Assembly (NCBI RefSeq): GCF_014837235.1
Contig: NZ_JACYFT010000001.1
Location: 477,688-509,687, forward strand
From: Limnohabitans radicicola
GTDB taxonomy: Bacteria; Pseudomonadota; Gammaproteobacteria; Burkholderiales; Burkholderiaceae_C
DNA: 32,000 nt
Direction: 5' to 3'
Shown one piece after another: positions 26,396 through 32,000 of this stretch. The notes under the pieces are model-generated. The model made no database searches. It was not told the origin of the DNA and saw nothing but the letters and a program-made list of their open reading frames with translations. The translations under genes were made by a program, and so were the position numbers. The number at the start of each line of letters is the position of its first letter. Positions within the stretch are counted from its first letter, which is position 1.

Positions 26396-26776
26396 ATGAC
26401 GACCATACTGCTTGTTGAAGACGAAGTTCTGCTGCGCGAGGGTGTCCAGGAAATGCTGGAGGTTCATGGTTACAAAGTCATTGGCGCGGGCGATGGCCAG
26501 GAAGCACTGGAGTGGCTGGACCAGGTGGCCGTCAACCTCATCATCACCGACCTGGTGATGCCCGGCATGAACGGTGTTGACTTCGTCAAACTGGTGCGCG
26601 AAAAGTTTCCGCGTTTGCCCATCATCGTGGCTTCCGGCAGCCCGGGTTCGGTGGTGCGCAGGCTGGGCATCGACAGCATCCATGTGCCTGGGGCCACCGC
26701 CAGCATTGGCAAACCCTTCAAAACCGCCGAGCTGATTGCCATGGTTCAACAGGCCATGGCCGACGCCGCGACCTGA
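26396..26776 (+). CDS. single-domain response regulator (CheY-like receiver)
   Basis: 126 aa. LLVEDE, phospho-acceptor D in LIITDLVMPGMNG, conserved S (VASGS) and K (GKPF). Confidence 0.9.
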   Translation: MTTILLVEDEVLLREGVQEMLEVHGYKVIGAGDGQEALEWLDQVAVNLIITDLVMPGMNGVDFVKLVREKFPRLPIIVASGSPGSVVRRLGIDSIHVPGATASIGKPFKTAELIAMVQQAMADAAT

Positions 26777-26804
26777 TTCGCGCCTGTACCTCCCGCGCTG
26801 GCCT

Positions 26805-26831
26805 GGGCTGCTCCGTACCGGTCAGCAGCCC
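26805..26831. terminator. hairpin between the convergent receiver and chemoreceptor genes (no U-tract)
   Basis: GGGCTGCT-ccgtaccggtc-AGCAGCCC, a perfect 8-bp stem. Confidence 0.35.
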
Positions 26832-26847
26832 GCCAGCAGGCGCCACG

Positions 26848-28812
26848 TCAAACTCTGAATTTATCGACTTCGTTGCGTGTGGCTTCCGCCAACTGCGACA
26901 ACTCCATGACCGTGGCCGTGATTTCTTCGGATGCCGAAGCATTGTTGTCCGCGATCTTGTCAAGGCTGCTGATGTTGGCGTTGATTTCCTCCACGGCAGC
27001 GCTTTGCTGCTCCATGGCCGCTGAAATGCGTTGCAGCATGTCATCGCTGGCATGTGTGCTCACCTCGATGCGGGCCATGTCGTCGGCGACTTGACGCACA
27101 GTCTCCACGGCACGCGCAGCTTCCGCAGCCGCCTGGTGCACAAGGTGTGTGATTTGCTGGGTGCTTTCAGCACTGCTGCTGGCCAACTTGCCCACCTCTT
27201 CTGCCACCACAGAGAAGCCTTTGCCATGCTCTCCTGCCCGGGCGGCTTCGATGGCCGCATTCAGCGACAGCAAATTGGTCTTATTGGCGATTCCTTCGAT
27301 CACTTCGGTGATTTTGTTGATTTTTTCAGAGTTGAGGGCGATGTTGTTCACCACATCGACCATGGTGGCCATCTTGACTTGACCGCTCCTCACCAGCTCC
27401 ATGGCGGCGCGCGATTTGTTGCTCGCTTCTGCGGTGTTGCGGGAAACGTCCACCACCGCGGAAGCGGTCTGGTTGACCGCGCTCGAAACCTGACGCATGG
27501 CGTGCTTTTGCCCTTGTGCACCGTCCGAAATTTGTCCAATGGCGGTGGTGAATTCGTTGGCAGCTGCCGCCACTTGGCGGGTATTGAGGTGGATGGCTTT
27601 CATGGTGCCACCGAGTGTCACCAGCGATTTGTTGAGGTTGTCGCGCAGCAAGGCCAAGTCACCGCGGCCTGATGTTTGAACCCGCAAGGTCAGATCGCCT
27701 TGCGCAACCCCGTTCATCACCACACCAACTTCACCCAGCATGCTTTGCAGCGATTGCATGGCCTGCGTGGCCAGGTCGATCGCTTGCTTGAATTCGCCCT
27801 TGACCGAGGCATCGGAGCGGACATCAAATTGACCGTTGTAGAGGGCTTGCATGACGCTGTTGAGGCTGGCCATCGTGGCATGAATGCTGTCCACGCTCAA
27901 GTTCACCGCATCTTTCATCGTCCCCAGGTCACCCCGCAAAGGCGCATTGACTTTTTGCGAAAAATCACCATCCGACAAGGCCTGAACCACTTCATTGACC
28001 TGGTTCACGGAGGACTGCATGGCGATCATCAACTGGTTGAATGCCTTGGCTGTTTGCCCAATTTCGTCCTGGGCCAATACCGGCACCCGCAAACCCAGAT
28101 CGCCACTGGACTCGATCTTTTCAATCGAAGACTGCAGTGCTTTGACCGGCCCGAGGATTTGCCGCTTGAGCAACTGAGACAACACAATCATCAGCAGCAA
28201 CGAAATTGCAAAAATCAGCAAAATTTCCTGGATCGCAAGATCAATGCTGTCGGTGACCTCGTTGGCCAACGCGGCAAACTCCTTGTTCCAGGCATCCACC
28301 ATGGCTTGAATGGTGCTGTCGATGCGGTTGATCTGCCCTCGCACTTCCTTATTGAGCAGCAATTTGGCTGCGGGCTGGTAGTCACCTTGGTCCATCAGCT
28401 GCAACAACTCGGTCGTGGATTTCAAAAACGCATCGACATCTTTTTGCAATTCGGTAAATTGCTTTTTTTCCTCTTCGGTGAGAACAAGCGTCCCCACCTT
28501 GGCCAGCAAAGCCACCAACTCTTTGGCCCCCTCATCGGCCACTTTGTGCATCCGGGCTTTTTCTTCGTCGACGGTGGTGTAGGGCACGCGGCTGATGCGA
28601 CGCAGCAGGTTAAAGAAGGTGGATTTGCTGTCCAGAACAGCTTCAACTTTGACCAAGGCTTGCGTCTGCATCTGGTGGTTGGCGCTTTCGATCGTTTTCA
28701 GGTGGTGGTAGGCCAAACCGACCATCAGCAGCATGGCCATCACCATGCAAATCAAAAACGCATTCAATTTGGCCGCAAAACGCTGGGGCATCAGAAGGGA
28801 TATCAGTGACAT
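26848..28812 (-). CDS. methyl-accepting chemotaxis protein with several HAMP-like units
   Basis: 654 aa. N-terminal TM, helical sensor region, second TM, and repeated G(D/Q)(F/L)-containing HAMP-like units. Conserved signalling hairpin ([28 protein letters not shown]). Confidence 0.92.
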   Translation of the reverse strand: MSLISLLMPQRFAAKLNAFLICMVMAMLLMVGLAYHHLKTIESANHQMQTQALVKVEAVLDSKSTFFNLLRRISRVPYTTVDEEKARMHKVADEGAKELVALLAKVGTLVLTEEEKKQFTELQKDVDAFLKSTTELLQLMDQGDYQPAAKLLLNKEVRGQINRIDSTIQAMVDAWNKEFAALANEVTDSIDLAIQEILLIFAISLLLMIVLSQLLKRQILGPVKALQSSIEKIESSGDLGLRVPVLAQDEIGQTAKAFNQLMIAMQSSVNQVNEVVQALSDGDFSQKVNAPLRGDLGTMKDAVNLSVDSIHATMASLNSVMQALYNGQFDVRSDASVKGEFKQAIDLATQAMQSLQSMLGEVGVVMNGVAQGDLTLRVQTSGRGDLALLRDNLNKSLVTLGGTMKAIHLNTRQVAAAANEFTTAIGQISDGAQGQKHAMRQVSSAVNQTASAVVDVSRNTAEASNKSRAAMELVRSGQVKMATMVDVVNNIALNSEKINKITEVIEGIANKTNLLSLNAAIEAARAGEHGKGFSVVAEEVGKLASSSAESTQQITHLVHQAAAEAARAVETVRQVADDMARIEVSTHASDDMLQRISAAMEQQSAAVEEINANISSLDKIADNNASASEEITATVMELSQLAEATRNEVDKFRV

Positions 28813-29024
28813 GGCTTTGAGGTCAATATTTTTCGCAATATTCGAATAATATTTGATATTTTCATAAATATAATTGTTTTAATGAACAATCAAAACCCGG
28901 CACGAGGTTTCGACCCTGGTGTTTGGACTGGCGAAACCCAGTGCAAAACCCTTTTGGGTCGGGTCATGATGGCCTTCACAGCCCACGGGGGTTGACCTGC
29001 CCCACTCAACACCAGGAGACACGC

Positions 29025-29216
29025 ATGACCACCCCTATCACTGACCGACCCACACGCATTCAGCCAGAGCGGCCGGTCCAGCAGACCAAGCCTGCACAAA
29101 ACAGCCGCCCCGAGACGGTCGACCAGAAAAATCAGGCATCGCGGGCTGCGCAAGAAGCCAGGGCCGAAGCCGCGCACCAAGCGGAAAAAGGTCGCCATGT
29201 GGACCGTTACGCCTGA
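29025..29216 (+). CDS. small hydrophilic hypothetical protein (63 aa)
   Basis: AGGAGA lies 5 nt upstream of ATG 29025. Low-complexity, probably disordered sequence. Coding status uncertain. Confidence 0.35.
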   Translation: MTTPITDRPTRIQPERPVQQTKPAQNSRPETVDQKNQASRAAQEARAEAAHQAEKGRHVDRYA

Positions 29217-29319
29217 ACGCTGTACTCCGCCCGGACTGTGAGGCGGCCGGGTCTGGACAAGGCCGCGCATCCGTCGGATCATTCGAATACAAAAACATTC
29301 ATGATCCACAGGGGGATGC

Positions 29320-30537
29320 ATGCGGGAAAGCCTCAGCAGCGCGCCGCGTATGGGCGCCATGGAAGACGCACCGGTCGTGGTCTATGTCCAGAACCTCCTG
29401 GAACGGGCCGTGGCACTGAGAGCGTCTGACCTGCATTTCGAACCCTACGAACACCACTACCGCGTTCGCATGCGCATTGACGGAGAATTGCGCGAAATCG
29501 ATCAACCCCCGATGGCTTTCAAGGACCGACTGGCCTCGCGCATCAAGGTCATGTCGCGCCTGGACATCGCCGAAAAACGCTTGCCGCAAGACGGGCGCAT
29601 GAAGCTGCAACTGGCCAGCGGACGCGAGCTGGACTTGCGGGTGAGCACGTTGCCCACGCTGTTTGGCGAGAAACTGGTGGTGCGCGTGCTGGATGCGCAA
29701 CAGGCACAGCTGGACCTGACCTCACTGGGTTACGAGCCGCAGGATTTGCAGCGGCTCAAGGAAGCGATCCAGCGGCCACACGGCATGGTCCTGGTCACGG
29801 GCCCGACAGGATCGGGCAAGACGCAATCGCTCTACGCCTGCCTGAACCTGCTCAATACCCCTGAAGTCAACATCGCCACGGTGGAGGACCCTTGCGAAAT
29901 CCAGATGCCGGGCATCAACCAGGTCAATGTGCAGGACAAACCCGGACTGACCTTTGCTGTGGCGCTGCGCGCCTTCTTGCGGCAAGACCCGGACATTTTG
30001 ATGGTGGGCGAAATCCGCGACCTGGAGACAGCACAAATCGCCATCCAGGCCTCGCAGACCGGCCACCTGGTGCTGTCCACCCTGCACACCAACGATGCCA
30101 CAGGCACCTTGGTGCGGCTGCGCAACATGGGGGTGGCACCCTACAACATCGCGGCCAGCGTCTCCCTGGTCACAGCGCAGCGGCTGGTGCGCCGCCTGTG
30201 TGAGCGCTGCCGCCAGCCGCAAACCCTGAGCCGCGACGCGTTGCGGCTGGCCGGGTGGGATACCCCCGAAACAGGCCAGGAGGCCATGACCGTCTATGCC
30301 CCTGTGGGCTGCAGCGATTGCCACAAGGGTTTCAAAGGCCGGACCGGGATTTTCCAAGTCATGCCGGTGAGCGCGTCCATGCAAGAACTGGTGCTGCAGG
30401 AAGTGGGCCACCAGGCACTGGCCCAGCAAGCCCGGCGCGAAGGCATCGCCAGCCTACGCCAGGCGGGTCTGCACAAAGTGCTCGCAGGCATCACCTCTCT
30501 GGACGAGGTGCTGGCCGCCACGCGAGAACCCGCATGA
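29320..30537 (+). CDS. pilB: GspE/PilB-family type IV pilus assembly ATPase (short form, no N-terminal MshEN/GSPII domain)
   Basis: Walker A GPTGSGKT, Asp box, Walker B ILMVGEIRD, His box STLHTN and a tetracysteine motif (CERC...CSDC). 405 aa, versus about 570 aa for canonical PilB. Confidence 0.88.
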   Translation: MRESLSSAPRMGAMEDAPVVVYVQNLLERAVALRASDLHFEPYEHHYRVRMRIDGELREIDQPPMAFKDRLASRIKVMSRLDIAEKRLPQDGRMKLQLASGRELDLRVSTLPTLFGEKLVVRVLDAQQAQLDLTSLGYEPQDLQRLKEAIQRPHGMVLVTGPTGSGKTQSLYACLNLLNTPEVNIATVEDPCEIQMPGINQVNVQDKPGLTFAVALRAFLRQDPDILMVGEIRDLETAQIAIQASQTGHLVLSTLHTNDATGTLVRLRNMGVAPYNIAASVSLVTAQRLVRRLCERCRQPQTLSRDALRLAGWDTPETGQEAMTVYAPVGCSDCHKGFKGRTGIFQVMPVSASMQELVLQEVGHQALAQQARREGIASLRQAGLHKVLAGITSLDEVLAATREPA

Positions 30538-31748
30538 GCCGCCCGTCTCAGCCCGAGCGCGCCATGCCCACATTCCTCTGGCATGGCCATGGCCCGCAAG
30601 GCACACCCGCCACAGGGCAGATCCAGGCAGAAAACGCCGAACTGGCACGCGCCCTGCTGCGCAGGCAAGGGGTGCGGATCACGCGGTTGCAGCGCCTGTG
30701 GTGGGCCCCCTCCAATGCCATCCGCGCCCGTGAACTGCCCCCCATGACGCGCCAGCTGGCAGCGCTGCTGCGTGCAGGCGTGCCCCTGGTGCCCGCTTTG
30801 CAAATGGTCTCGCGCAGTGCCAGCACCCGCGCCTTGAAAGAATTGATGGGCACCGTGCGCTCGAATGTGGAATCGGGCATGGCGCTGCACGCCGCACTGG
30901 CCTTGCACCCAGAACACTTCAGTGGGTTGTACATCAGCATGGTCAGCGCGGGCGAGGCTGCAGGCATTCTGGACACCATGATGGAGCGGCTGGCGGCCAC
31001 GCTCGAGAAAAACGACGCCCTGCGTTCACGGGTGCGCTCAGCCCTCATGTACCCGTGTGCCGTCATCGTGGTGGCGCTGGCCGTACTGGTCTTGATCATG
31101 CTGTACGTGGTGCCCGTGTTTGAAGATGTGTTCAAGGCTTTTGGCTCGGACCTGCCTTGGCCCACGCAATGGGTGTTGAACCTGAGCCAACTCATTGGCC
31201 AATCGGGCTGGGCCGTGCTACCCGCCCTCTTGCTGTTGCCCTGGCTTTGGCAACATTGGCAACGCAACCCAGCGTGGCAGCGCAGGGCTGACCGCTGGCT
31301 GCTGGGCCTGCCCCTGGTGGGCGGCTTGCTGCGCAGCGCTGTGGTGGCCCGATGGACACAAACCCTGTCGGCATTGCTGGCCGCGGGCGTGCCTTTGGCC
31401 GAAGCTCTGGGGTCCGCAGGGCAAGCCTGCAACCACGCGGTCTATGTACGCCTGACCGAACATTTGCAGCGCCGCGTCTCGCAAGGCGGCAGCCTGAGCG
31501 AAGCCATGGCACACACGGGGCGGTTTCCAGACATGATCGTGCAACTGTGCGCCACAGGTGAAGAAACCAGCGCACTCGAGAGCCTGCTGGCCCGAGCGGG
31601 TGTGCTGATGGAAAATGAACTGGATGACCGGATCAACGGCCTGTCGAGTTTGCTGGAGCCTTTGATCATTGTGGTCCTGGGCGGGCTGATCGGGGGTATC
31701 CTTGTGGCCATGTATTTGCCCATCTTCCGCCTGGGCCAGGTCTTTTGA
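30534..31748 (+). CDS. pilC: type IV pilus platform protein (GspF/PilC family)
   Basis: ATGA overlap with the pilB stop. Two T2SSF repeats (MTRQLAALLRAGVPLVPAL...; WTQTLSALLAAGVPLAEAL...). About 404 aa. Confidence 0.9.
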   Translation: MSRPSQPERAMPTFLWHGHGPQGTPATGQIQAENAELARALLRRQGVRITRLQRLWWAPSNAIRARELPPMTRQLAALLRAGVPLVPALQMVSRSASTRALKELMGTVRSNVESGMALHAALALHPEHFSGLYISMVSAGEAAGILDTMMERLAATLEKNDALRSRVRSALMYPCAVIVVALAVLVLIMLYVVPVFEDVFKAFGSDLPWPTQWVLNLSQLIGQSGWAVLPALLLLPWLWQHWQRNPAWQRRADRWLLGLPLVGGLLRSAVVARWTQTLSALLAAGVPLAEALGSAGQACNHAVYVRLTEHLQRRVSQGGSLSEAMAHTGRFPDMIVQLCATGEETSALESLLARAGVLMENELDDRINGLSSLLEPLIIVVLGGLIGGILVAMYLPIFRLGQVF

Positions 31749-31751
31749 GAC

Positions 31752-32000
31752 ATGGTGCCCGATGCCTTCGCTTTTGCACCCTGGGTACTGGCCGCGCTGC
31801 TGGGCCTGGTGGTGGGCAGCTTTCTGAATGTGGCGATCCACCGCCTGCCCCTGATGCTGGAGCGGGAGTGGCAAGCAGCGCATGACGCACCGGAAACGCC
31901 AAGCCCCCATTTCAACCTCGCGGTCCCCGCCTCGCACTGCCCGCACTGCACCCATCCGCTGCACATGCATGACAACATCCCTGTGCTGAGCTACCTCGTG
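31752..32000 (+). CDS. pilD: prepilin peptidase / N-methyltransferase, N-terminal part (3' end outside window)
   Basis: Not in the ORF track because it runs off the window. My translation is MVPDAFAFAPWVLAALLGLVVGSFLNVAIHRLP...PASHCPHCTHPLHMHDNIPVLSYLV, which carries the typical GSFLNV and CPxC...NIP..S motifs. Confidence 0.85.
   Translation, partial: MVPDAFAFAPWVLAALLGLVVGSFLNVAIHRLPLMLEREWQAAHDAPETPSPHFNLAVPASHCPHCTHPLHMHDNIPVLSYLV

Noticed and set aside
27676-28809. 377-aa plus-strand ORF antisense to the chemoreceptor gene (and 27031..27672)
   Set aside because: Shadow ORFs. The MCP signalling-domain consensus is on the minus strand.
30255-30533. Upstream extension of the pilC reading frame (ORF 30255..31748)
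   Set aside because: The extension overlaps the pilB 3' end in another frame and is Arg/Pro/Gly-rich. ATG 30534, which overlaps the pilB stop, gives a normal PilC length.

Overview
High-GC betaproteobacterial chromosome segment; gene order and the Bug/TctC-family proteins look Burkholderiales/Comamonadaceae-like. The flanks carry ordinary housekeeping genes. Left of the island: ugpC-ugpQ, two Bug-family binding proteins, hemA-prfA-prmC, grxD, a lytic transglycosylase, proS, rppH, proB-obgE-rpmA-rplU and ispB. Right of it: a CheY-like receiver, a multi-HAMP chemoreceptor and pilB-pilC-pilD. The unusual part is a visibly AT-richer island of about 10.5 kb (15491-26098) inserted into the 3' end of a minus-strand tRNA-Pro(CGG). 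It is bounded by a perfect 48-bp direct repeat and has a 475-aa tyrosine integrase next to the intact tRNA. The island is mosaic: two still AT-richer blocks (about 16430-17300 and 21900-24450) carry candidate cargo. Cargo candidates are (1) a 2-TM peptide plus a protein with an R-x4-H HEPN-like motif, (2) a 275-aa unknown plus a truncated RFC/clamp-loader-like AAA+ ATPase, and (3) a 3-TM Sel1-repeat protein translationally coupled to a small protein with a Cys/His/Asp pattern. The backbone holds a FimB/FimE-sized tyrosine recombinase, a putative regulator with a YLRRN motif, a possible HUH/Rep-like protein and several unknowns. DNA-level structure not explained by the genes includes a 21-bp palindromic element (AGCGTCGATTTTTNGGACGCT) in four near-identical copies, two of them inside CDSs. 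An inverted pair of these brackets 452 bp next to the small recombinase. A TGTAGTTT motif occurs in six exact copies plus one 7-of-8 copy, all intergenic, at both island ends and at two internal promoter regions. Two internal non-coding regions are also homologous to each other. All functional calls for island genes are motif-level inferences made without database searches.
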